DNA of 64,000 nucleotides from Capsulimonadaceae bacterium (GTDB lineage Bacteria; Armatimonadota; Armatimonadia; Armatimonadales; Capsulimonadaceae): NCBI GenBank assembly GCA_965215505.1, contig OZ244065.1, positions 608,001 to 672,000 of the forward strand, read 5' to 3'. Shown piece by piece: positions 8,346 to 16,335 of this stretch (position 1 is its first letter; each line of letters starts with the position of its first letter). The notes under the pieces were generated by a model. It saw only the letters and a program-made list of their open reading frames with translations, ran no database searches and was not told where the DNA came from. The position numbers and the translations under genes were made by a program.

Positions 8346-8507
8346 ACGCCCTCCCTGCTTCCCCGATTTTTGTCCCTTCCCGGTCTTATTGCCTGTTTGG
8401 CACGGTTTGTGCAGTGTAGCAGGGTGTCACTGAGAGACTCGCCCGAGAATTCAGGCCCGAGAATTCAGGCCCGAGGAACCAGGACACGAACGCTAGGGAG
8501 GGCTATC

Positions 8508-8720
8508 ATGCTCGTTCTCACACGCCGGGTCGGCCAGACCATTATGATCGGCGACCCCAAGAAGCCGGAAGACTGCTACGAGGTACAGGTCGTGGAGGCG
8601 CACGGCGATCAGGTCCGCATCGGCGTCAACGCCCCGCGCGACGTCAGCGTGGACCGCTCGGAAATCTGGGAGCAGAAGAGGCAGGAGAAGCAGGCCGCCG
8701 CCCTGCTCGCCGCCAACTGA
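8508..8720 (+). CDS. csrA: Carbon storage regulator CsrA/RsmA homologue
   Basis: [15 protein letters not shown]…[21 protein letters not shown], with a GGGAGG RBS. Confidence 0.92.
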   Translation: MLVLTRRVGQTIMIGDPKKPEDCYEVQVVEAHGDQVRIGVNAPRDVSVDRSEIWEQKRQEKQAAALLAAN

Positions 8721-9048
8721 GAGGACGGACTGACCCGGCGCGGGGTGGTTCGGCGACGCCCCGCCGGGGGTGGTTTTGCCGCCCGGCCAGAAATGCACAC
8801 CGGACAAGCCCGGCGTCACGATTGTCTCCACCCCGGCCCGGAATGTCACCCAAAATGCTACACGTCTAGGCGTCCGCGTGTCTGCAAAGGGAGCGGTGAA
8901 GCTGCGGTCAAGAGGGGGCGATAAATGAAAGAAGCTGATCGGGGTGGTCCGGTGGGGCTGCGAATACTGACACTTTCAAGTCAAAGCCGGTGGCCGCGTC
9001 CGGGGTGGCTGGTTCTACTTAATCAATGCTTGGCCGTTACTCTAAAAC

Positions 9049-9076
9049 ATTTTCCATAATGGCAATTATGTGACTG
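9049..9076 (+). other. dif-like (Xer-type) site 1
   Basis: ATTTTCCATAA-TGGCAA-TTATGTGACTG, an 11-6-11 layout with the inner CATAA/TTATG of dif. Confidence 0.65.
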
Positions 9077-9157
9077 CATCTCTGCTTATGGAGGCTACTT
9101 TATTGGTTGAGAAAGGCGGTAAAATACAAGATATTTTGGTGGTAGGAGGTAGTTGTC

Positions 9158-9745
9158 TTGCGAATTTGCTTTATTGGAGAGTCGTTCGTGAACGGTTATG
9201 GTGATCCTGATTACCAGGGTTGGCCGGGCAAGGTCTGCGCGGCTGCGAACCGAAGCGGCCATGACGTGACGTGCTACAATCTGGGCATCCGGCGCAATAC
9301 AAGCGACGACGTAGCTGCACGATGGAATGATGAAGCAATGCGCCGTCTTCCGCAAGGGGTAGACGGGCGATTGGTCTTCTCGTTCGGCGCAAATGATACT
9401 GTTATTGAGATTGAGCAGCTACGAGTCAAAAATGACGCCTCTCTTGCCAACTGCCAAAGCATTCTGAGCAAAGCAAAATTGTCGTTCCCTGTCCTCATGG
9501 TTGGACCGCCACCTGTACAAGATGCAGAACACAGTCGAAGGATCGGGCGTTTATCGGCACAGTTTCAACAGGTCTGCCGGGAAATTGATGTTCCCTACTT
9601 GGATGTATTCACCTCTCTAAATGCATCCCCCGTTTGGGCGGCTGAGGTCGCTGCCTATGATGGCGCTCATCCAAAGACAGGCGGTTACGAAGAGTTGGCT
9701 ACACTGGTTAAACAATGGTCGGCTTGGGCAGCATGGTTTCCATAA
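9158..9745 (+). CDS. SGNH/GDSL-type esterase/lipase
   Basis: GES block I, NLGI block II, GAND block III and DGAHP block V. AGGAGG RBS before a TTG start. Confidence 0.88.
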   Translation: MRICFIGESFVNGYGDPDYQGWPGKVCAAANRSGHDVTCYNLGIRRNTSDDVAARWNDEAMRRLPQGVDGRLVFSFGANDTVIEIEQLRVKNDASLANCQSILSKAKLSFPVLMVGPPPVQDAEHSRRIGRLSAQFQQVCREIDVPYLDVFTSLNASPVWAAEVAAYDGAHPKTGGYEELATLVKQWSAWAAWFP

Positions 9746-9762
9746 TGGGTATTATGTGACTG
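9735..9762 (+). other. dif-like (Xer-type) site 2, containing the GDSL stop codon
   Basis: GGTTTCCATAA-TGGGTA-TTATGTGACTG, a direct repeat of site 1. Confidence 0.65.
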
Positions 9763-9840
9763 GGTGCGCTGTTAGAGGAATAGGCGGAAGATCTTCTGCC
9801 TATTGTGCGATTGGCACACGAAACTTCGGCCTACTCAGAT

Positions 9841-10188
9841 GTTAGGCCACTGGGCGTAATCCTATTTTGCTGAATACAGCGACAATTTGGTAGGATTGAC
9901 TTCGGCATATAGCCAATTAAAGAAGCATGAAAAATAATATCATCGCCGCCACAGTTTTGGGCCTCTGCCTCCTAGCCTCTTCCCTAGTTCTGGCTAACAG
10001 CCTACGATATTTAGGCGATAGTATGGCAGATGTAGGGAAGTCCATTAATATTCCGCCTGCCCCGCCGGTCCCTGTTCCCAGCGTAATCACATTACAACCT
10101 GGTGATGATCCCTTTAAATTCAAGCAGGTAAAATAGACCACCACAGCCAGCGGCCTAACAAGCGGCCTAACAATGCGCTGTAGCCGAC
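9841..10188 (+). mobile_element. Integron-type gene cassette remnant
   Basis: Begins GTTAGGC (GTTRRRY, 9841). The ORF is followed by GCCTAAC (RYYYAAC, 10153 and 10165) and an attC-like left arm. Confidence 0.6.
9927..10136 (+). CDS. Small secreted or membrane-anchored hypothetical protein (cassette gene)
   Basis: 69 aa with an N-terminal hydrophobic segment, AT-rich. Confidence 0.6.
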   Translation: MKNNIIAATVLGLCLLASSLVLANSLRYLGDSMADVGKSINIPPAPPVPVPSVITLQPGDDPFKFKQVK

Positions 10189-10716
10189 CTATGACATCAG
10201 CCCCCTTATCGGCCCCAAACGCCCGTCTAGTGCCTCCCCCGATGGGGGGGCGGGCTGCGCTGTTCGGTTCGCGCCATTCCCTGCCGGTTTCTACTGGTAG
10301 ACGGGGCAATGTTCGCCCTAGACAAGCGCCCCAAGATCAAACGAGCGTTCCCTGTTCTGGCCGCGCCTGGCTGCAACGGAGTGAAAGCCAAGCTGCGGCA
10401 TAATTCCTGCTTTAGCGTCCGAACATACAATTTACGGCCGTTCGTATTTTTGGATCTGTCCGCTACTCTAGCGAAAGATCGTCAACGGCGGTGCGGGCTT
10501 CTTCCACCCGGTCTAATATCTCTTGGAACGCCTCGCCAATTAACGTGTGCCGTGGAAATTAGAGGCGTTCACCAAGTCCCTGACGAACGCCTTTGCTTTT
10601 CTCCCGGTTCCCTTCTCCGAGTGGGGAACCGGACGCGCTTAGTCCGCTCACCCGCGCGCGAATAGGAACGCCCCGCCTCTCGCTGGGAGGCGGGGCGCTC
10701 TGGTGTCAGCCGGACG

Positions 10717-13047
10717 TCAGCGCACCTGTCCTTTTTGCCGCATATAGGTAACGTAGGCATGGCGCTTCAGGGGCGTCATCGCGTCAAACTCCGCCTTGCT
10801 GGTGGGCGCGTGGAACAGGACGCCCTGCCCGTTCACCGTACCCTGGATGACCAGCCCCGACCGAGGCGCGGCGGCCCCCTGCTGCGTGGTCCCGCCCGTG
10901 CGCGCGGCGGACTGCTGCGCCATCTGCAAGAGGCGGGGGGGCAAGGCAACAGAGCCGCCGTGTGACGTGTAGGCCGCGCCAGGCGCATTGGCATCGAAGC
11001 CAGGGACCGGCCCGAGCGAGGCGGGGTAGCGGGCTGCCACCGAGGCGGGAACCTTGACGGCAGCGGGCATCAGGCCACGCCCCGGCTGCGGGCGCATGGC
11101 CGGCGCGACGGTGGCAGGCGGCGAGGCAGGATTGAAGGGCGCGGCGGGTGTCGCCGGGCCGCCCTGCGGGAACTTCAGAGCGTACTGTTGCTGCTGATAC
11201 TGCTGGTCGAACTGTTGCAGCTTCTGCGACTCCAGCCACGCGGGGGTGGCCGGCGGGTTGGGCAGCGGCTTGCCGAAGTTGGGGTTGGGGATGAACCGGT
11301 GCCCGGTCGGGTCGTCCGGGTCGTTCACCGTGTCGCCGGGGTTGGCGTCAATGCGGCCCTGGTCCCGCAGCGACGGGCCGAGGGCGCCGGTGTCGGGGTC
11401 GCGGATCGGGGTGGCGAGCTGGGTCAGCCGCTTGGCGATGCTCAGTCGCTCCTTGACGATCTGCTGATACTGCTTCTCCGCCGTGCCCGCGCTGCCTTGC
11501 CCGTAACGCTGGCTGAACAGCGAAGCGCGCTGCTTGATCTGGTCCTGCCCGAGCTGGTCGCGGAGGTCCTGGCCGCGCTTGGCGAGGGCGTTGTTGGCGG
11601 CGTCAATGGCGAGCCGCGTGTCGGTGTCGAGGTGGGCGATGGTCAGGCGCGTGCCGTCCGTGCGCTTCGCGTCCGTCTCGCGGTTGTCCACGCCGGTTTG
11701 GGCGATCAGGTTGGCGTCGGTCTGCCCCGGCACAATGGCCGAATAGGGACGGCCGTACTTGGCTTCGGCATCGGCGGGATGTGAGGCATAGGCCGTGCGC
11801 TCTGCGGCCTGCATGGCCGGGGACATGGACAGGAACAGTTTCCAGCGCTGGTCCTGCTGCGCCGTGGTTTTCAGGTCCAGCCCCGCCTGGCCCTGGTCGA
11901 GCCGCTGCTGCCCCTGCCCGAGCCGGGCGTCGCCCTGGGCGGAGCGCACGGTCTGGAGCGGCGTGAACCCCTCGTAAGGCAGGCCGTACTCCTGCTGCCA
12001 CTGGTCCGGCGTGGCCTTCATGCTGTCGTGGAGGGCCTGCTGCCCCGCCTGACTCAGCCCCGAAAGCCGGTCGCGCGAGTACGCCTGGGCGCGGAGCATC
12101 TGCGCCTGCTGGCCCGCCGTCTGCGGCTTGTCGGCTTCCGTGACCGGAATGAACTTGCCACTCGGATCGAAGAACTCGGCCTTGACCTGGGCGGGGGTGA
12201 ACCCGGCGGCCATCATCTGCGCGGGGCTGAGGTTGCGGACGATGTTCTCCTGGGTCGCGTCGTCCAGCTTGGCGAGGTTCTGCACGAACGCCGTCCCGGC
12301 CTCGGCCTGGGCGGTCTGGTTCTGGAACTGCTGCTGCCCCTGCTGCTGCTGCCGCGCCTGGTTCTCCAGGTCATTCTGCTTCTGCCCCTGGATGTACTGC
12401 CCTGCGATCTTCGCCCCCGGCCCGCCCATGATGGCCGACAAGACGCCGAGCGCCTGGATCACGCGGTTGTCGTGCTTGGGAAGCGCAGGGACCGGGTTAG
12501 GATTATTATTAGCTTGCGGCGCGGACTGCGGCGTCGCCAGGGCGCGCAGGGCGGCAAGCGGCGACGCCTGGGGCGGGATGGCCGGGTCGGTAGCTGCCTG
12601 CGCCTGGTTCGGCAAGGGGCCGCCCTGTGCCTGGCCTGGCACCATGGGCGCGGGTGCGCCTGAAGGCGGCGCGGCGGGCGCGTTCAGTCCCATCGGCCCC
12701 TGCCCCTGCATCCCGGCCTGCGCCGCCGCGTTCGGGTCTAAGGCGGGGTTGACGCCGAGCGGCCCTGCACCCGGCCCACCGGCCTGCGGCGGGGACTGCG
12801 GTGTCAGCAGCGCGCGCAGTGCGTCCATGCCTTGCGGGCCGCCGGCTGCCGGCGCGGCCTGGTCCGGCCCTGCGCCCGGTGCGCCGGTGGCGGCGAGCTG
12901 CGCGGCCTGGGCATACGGGACGTTGAGCTGCTGGGCGAGCGCGGCAATCGCCGGCGACAAGCCCGGCTGATCCCCCTCATCCAGCGGCTGCGCGCCGGTG
13001 TCGTCGCCGCTCAGGGCGTAGTATTGCGGATCTGCGTCAAGTGGCAA
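10717..13047 (-). CDS. Large Q/P/A/G-rich hypothetical protein, possibly virion ejection/DNA-pilot-like
   Basis: Long ORF with GC-biased codons. Likely TTG start at 13047 with AGGAGG 7 nt upstream. Hairpin downstream at about 10666-10700. Confidence 0.7.
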   Translation of the reverse strand: MPLDADPQYYALSGDDTGAQPLDEGDQPGLSPAIAALAQQLNVPYAQAAQLAATGAPGAGPDQAAPAAGGPQGMDALRALLTPQSPPQAGGPGAGPLGVNPALDPNAAAQAGMQGQGPMGLNAPAAPPSGAPAPMVPGQAQGGPLPNQAQAATDPAIPPQASPLAALRALATPQSAPQANNNPNPVPALPKHDNRVIQALGVLSAIMGGPGAKIAGQYIQGQKQNDLENQARQQQQGQQQFQNQTAQAEAGTAFVQNLAKLDDATQENIVRNLSPAQMMAAGFTPAQVKAEFFDPSGKFIPVTEADKPQTAGQQAQMLRAQAYSRDRLSGLSQAGQQALHDSMKATPDQWQQEYGLPYEGFTPLQTVRSAQGDARLGQGQQRLDQGQAGLDLKTTAQQDQRWKLFLSMSPAMQAAERTAYASHPADAEAKYGRPYSAIVPGQTDANLIAQTGVDNRETDAKRTDGTRLTIAHLDTDTRLAIDAANNALAKRGQDLRDQLGQDQIKQRASLFSQRYGQGSAGTAEKQYQQIVKERLSIAKRLTQLATPIRDPDTGALGPSLRDQGRIDANPGDTVNDPDDPTGHRFIPNPNFGKPLPNPPATPAWLESQKLQQFDQQYQQQQYALKFPQGGPATPAAPFNPASPPATVAPAMRPQPGRGLMPAAVKVPASVAARYPASLGPVPGFDANAPGAAYTSHGGSVALPPRLLQMAQQSAARTGGTTQQGAAAPRSGLVIQGTVNGQGVLFHAPTSKAEFDAMTPLKRHAYVTYMRQKGQVR

Positions 13048-13091
13048 AGTGAAGCCTCCTTCTGGGTGCAAGAGCAAGATGTGTCGGTCGT

Positions 13092-13109
13092 GTTACCTGC
13101 GTAGGTAAC
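13092..13109. promoter_or_regulatory. Second copy of the GTTACCT(A/G)CGTAGGTAAC palindrome
   Basis: GTTACCTGCGTAGGTAAC, one mismatch to 4620-4637, intergenic. Confidence 0.55.
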
Positions 13110-13117
13110 GGGTCGGT

Positions 13118-13441
13118 TCAGTCCAGGAGGGTCGCGCCGGGGAAGGCCGCCTTGACCCGGTGCAGCAGGCGAAGACCTTCCGGTGTGATGTCCAGCAGCG
13201 CGGGCAGTTCACTGGCTTGGTAGACGGTGCGGCGCTCGCCCGGCGCAAGGGCCGCGTTGTCAGCGGCGATCAGTACCTCCTCTAGCAGCACGTCCGAGTA
13301 GACGCGAAGGACCCGGCCCGACGCGGCGAAGTCGGCGACCGTCATCCCGTCAAGCTGCGTGGAGACCGGCTTGACGGCCTCCTGCGCTTCGCTAACTTTG
13401 ACGACACGCAATTCCCGCAGCCGCTCTAATGCGGTGTTCAT
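13118..13441 (-). CDS. Hypothetical protein downstream of the replication gene
   Basis: 107-aa ORF ending LHRVKAAFPGATL, at a position typical of satellite replication modules. Confidence 0.65.
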   Translation of the reverse strand: MNTALERLRELRVVKVSEAQEAVKPVSTQLDGMTVADFAASGRVLRVYSDVLLEEVLIAADNAALAPGERRTVYQASELPALLDITPEGLRLLHRVKAAFPGATLLD

Positions 13442-13455
13442 TTCTCGCCTTCTGG

Positions 13456-13510
13456 ATACTCAGAATACACACGAATAGCGGTTTTGCCTATTCGTGTGTA
13501 TTCTGAGTAT
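13456..13510. repeat. Perfect 23-bp inverted repeat (ori-like hairpin copy 2)
   Basis: ATACTCAGAATACACACGAATAG (13456-13478) and its reverse complement (13488-13510), overlapping the stop of the DUF3987 gene. Confidence 0.93.
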
Positions 13511-15446
13511 GTGTGTAGAGGGGATTGACTTCAAAGACCGGGCTTTTGGCTTGTCCCCTCCCGGCGCGCGGCTGCCCCCCCTTCTGCCGCAAGTAGCCGC
13601 GCTCACAGAGCAGTCTCAGGCCCGGTTCCAGGCCCTGCGGCGTGCCGACGTTCCGGTGCGCCTGGTGGCACTCGCGTAGGCTAAACTCCGTCAGACCCTT
13701 GCGCGCGATCCAGCCGAGGAGGCGCGTTGCGAGCGAGACGTTGGGGTCAACGCCCATACTCCCGAAAGCCGCGAGCGCATGGGCGATGAGGTAATCACCG
13801 ATGGCCCACGCCGCGAGGATGGTTTCCGGGCTGATCGGGATGTTCCACGGGCAGTCACGGCCCACGTTCTCCAGCAGGTGCAGGCCGCCCGCGATCCGTG
13901 CCACCGCGCCGGCCAGCTTGGAGGCCCAGTCTCGGACGCCGGCCAGATCTTCCCCAGGCCCCTGCCTCCTCTCCACCTCGTTCGCATATTCAGACCATCC
14001 GGCCAGCGCGTCACCCTCGATGTGAAGCAGGTGGCGCTCCCCAGGCGTCTCCGGGTTTTGGGAGCGGTGGAAGGTCAGGATGGCTTTGACCGCTCCCTCG
14101 TAGCGACGGCGGGCCTCCGCATCAATCGGACGGTTCTCATAGTAGCGAGTGCCAGCGAGATTTTCCGGCTGCGTGTAGAGGAACCGCCCGAGGAGGCCCC
14201 GGCCCCGAAAAGCGGGTGTGTCGGCGAACGACGATAAGACATCGGGCTGGACGGCGAGGAGCATCGTCAGGCAGGCGCTGGCGATGAAGACGGGCGGGCT
14301 TCCCTTCCGATCCACGCGAACCTCTTCGCCGGCATGGCCCTTCAGAACCACATCCAGGTTGGCCGTCCCGTTACTGTAGCGCCCTCCCAGCGTGGCGAAG
14401 AAGCCGCCTTCTGCCGAGGCCAAGGTGATCACCCCCTCTTGCTCGGCCATCACCCCCGCAAGCTGCTCAGGCGTCACATCATCCACGAGGAACTTAGGCA
14501 TGGGGGGGGCAGCCTGCGGGGGATTGTTGCGTAGGTCGTGCAACTCTTGCCGTGCTTTATCGGCGTTCTCCGGCTTGTCATTGTTGCCTTTGGCGACGAC
14601 CTCCTGCAAGTGGGCGACGCGCTTCTCGTGGGTCTTCTGCTGGTCCCGCGCCTCTTCAATCTCCGGGGCTTTCGCGATCACTTCATCTCTCTCCGCAGCA
14701 CGCAGCGGCGCGACCATGGCCTCAAGTGCCGCGCTCTTGCGCGCCCCCGGTTCCATGATGGACAGAACGAAGAGGTTCATCGGCTCGCTGTGCGTCTGCC
14801 CGAGCTGCACGCGGCAGGTTCGGGAGGCAGCCGCCGCAACGACCCCCAGGCCCAGCATGGCGGCCATGTCCACCGGGACCTGGACGGAGGCCGCGACTTC
14901 TGAGACGAAGTGCCCCACGACACGCGGCAGGACTTCCACCGGGAACGCGGGCGGCTGGTGGGCGCTGAACGGAATGGGAGGCTCCCAGCGGACAAAGGCG
15001 ACCGTCGCTCGGGTCAACCCGTTCTGGCTGTGCTGCACGGCGGCGAGCAGCTCCTTGTTTGCATCACAGGCTTCATGCTGAAGCTGCAAGGCGATGGCAA
15101 TCACCTCCCGCCGCTGTGACTTTTCCTTGACGATCTTCGCGTAATACTCGACGTTGGCCGCCGTGGGAACGGTATCGAAGAGGGCAGCGAGGTAGGCCAT
15201 GCCGCCGATGGCATCAAGTTGGCCCCGACTTTTCAACTCGTTCGGGACGGCCACCAGGTCAATCGGTTCGCCCTGGTCGGCAAGGAATGTGATGACATCA
15301 AAAAGGGTCTGGTGGTTCTCGCGGTAGAAGTCTTCCTTGCCGAGTATCTCGACAACTTTCTCGACGGCGGTACGCTCAATCAGCATCGCGCCCAGGGTGG
15401 ATTGCTCTGCTTCGATGGAATGCGGCGGCACGAAAGCATCTTGCAT
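13488..15446 (-). CDS. DnaB N-terminal domain fused to a DUF3987 (YfjI-like) replication protein
   Basis: N-terminus PPHSIEAEQSTLGAML…VPTAANVEYYAKIV is DnaB_N. The remainder has PGARKS, DVTPEQL, SAEGG, VQPDVL, GLLGRFL and ARIAGGLH motifs of DUF3987. Confidence 0.85.
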   Translation of the reverse strand: MQDAFVPPHSIEAEQSTLGAMLIERTAVEKVVEILGKEDFYRENHQTLFDVITFLADQGEPIDLVAVPNELKSRGQLDAIGGMAYLAALFDTVPTAANVEYYAKIVKEKSQRREVIAIALQLQHEACDANKELLAAVQHSQNGLTRATVAFVRWEPPIPFSAHQPPAFPVEVLPRVVGHFVSEVAASVQVPVDMAAMLGLGVVAAAASRTCRVQLGQTHSEPMNLFVLSIMEPGARKSAALEAMVAPLRAAERDEVIAKAPEIEEARDQQKTHEKRVAHLQEVVAKGNNDKPENADKARQELHDLRNNPPQAAPPMPKFLVDDVTPEQLAGVMAEQEGVITLASAEGGFFATLGGRYSNGTANLDVVLKGHAGEEVRVDRKGSPPVFIASACLTMLLAVQPDVLSSFADTPAFRGRGLLGRFLYTQPENLAGTRYYENRPIDAEARRRYEGAVKAILTFHRSQNPETPGERHLLHIEGDALAGWSEYANEVERRQGPGEDLAGVRDWASKLAGAVARIAGGLHLLENVGRDCPWNIPISPETILAAWAIGDYLIAHALAAFGSMGVDPNVSLATRLLGWIARKGLTEFSLRECHQAHRNVGTPQGLEPGLRLLCERGYLRQKGGQPRAGRGQAKSPVFEVNPLYTHTQNTHE

Positions 15447-15685
15447 CAGCGGCCCTCCTGCTGGTCACAGGCCAAGTCGCGCATGGCGTCCACGAAGATC
15501 ACCTTGCGGCGCAGGGCTGGGTTGAGGTGGGGACGGCCCTGCAACCATTCCAAGTACCAGCCGGGCAGGTCGCGGATCGGCTCGCCTCTGAAGCGGCCAA
15601 AGGGCATCACTTCGGGCAGCGGCGAGAAGCTACCTGCGTTTCTGAAACCGTGGTTCATTGTCATCCTTTCGGCCAGGGTTGACAA
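15446..15685 (-). CDS. DUF3820-family small protein
   Basis: MPFGRFRGEPIRDLPGWYLEWL motif. Confidence 0.75.
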   Translation of the reverse strand: MSTLAERMTMNHGFRNAGSFSPLPEVMPFGRFRGEPIRDLPGWYLEWLQGRPHLNPALRRKVIFVDAMRDLACDQQEGR

Positions 15686-15758
15686 GAGCGGCGGCAGTCC
15701 TCTACAATAGAGGCGTTGATGCTCCGCTCCGTTTCCCCCTGCCTCTGTCAGTGATCAG

Positions 15759-15980
15759 TCAGTGACTCGCCCTCGATGCTTTGCCCGGCATCGGGGGCGT
15801 GTCCGTTTCGGAATAGTCTTCGGGACACTCCTCGGCGTCCTCCGCTTCTTCGCCCTTCCCTTGCGCCCGCAACGCTTCGATCTGCCTGACCCGTGCCGCT
15901 TCCTCGGCCACGATCCCCCAGAAGGCGGACCAGGCGGGGTGCGGCACCGGTGCTTGGTTGTCGGTCTTGGGGAGAGGCAT
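15759..15980 (-). CDS. Hypothetical protein
   Basis: ATG at 15980 just after the upstream HTH gene, reading HPAWSAFWGIVAEEAARV. Confidence 0.45.
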   Translation of the reverse strand: MPLPKTDNQAPVPHPAWSAFWGIVAEEAARVRQIEALRAQGKGEEAEDAEECPEDYSETDTPPMPGKASRASH

Positions 15981-15984
15981 GGTT

Positions 15985-16206
15985 TTAGGCGGCGGCCTGT
16001 TGCGGCGAAACTGCCTGCCGGCGCACCCAGGCTTGCAGGTCATCGGGGGAGATGCGGACGGCCCCGCGAATGCGGACGACCGGGATCTCCCCGTCGTTGA
16101 TCAGCGTGTAGAGGAGGGACTTGCCGATGCCCAAGGACTCTGCTGCCTCGGGCACACGCAGCAGTATCCGCCCAACCCCTGTCCCTTCACTATTGCTTTT
16201 ATGCAT
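15985..16206 (-). CDS. Excisionase/AlpA-like HTH_17 protein
   Basis: LLRVPEAAESLGIGKSLLYTLINDGEIPVVRIRGAVRI. Confidence 0.85.
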   Translation of the reverse strand: MHKSNSEGTGVGRILLRVPEAAESLGIGKSLLYTLINDGEIPVVRIRGAVRISPDDLQAWVRRQAVSPQQAAA

Positions 16207-16335
16207 GGCTTCACTCTCCGTTTCAGAACGTCGGCGTTCCGTTTCGGAACGTCACGAACAGTATAGGAGAAAGACGGGTATACTTCAATTCCGATAGCGG
16301 CCAACTTATCGGCCAATCGAAAGGGGTTCGCTAAG

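Noticed and set aside
10745-10758. Third copy of the GTTACC palindrome (TAGGTAACG)
   Set aside because: Only a half-site inside coding sequence, likely chance.
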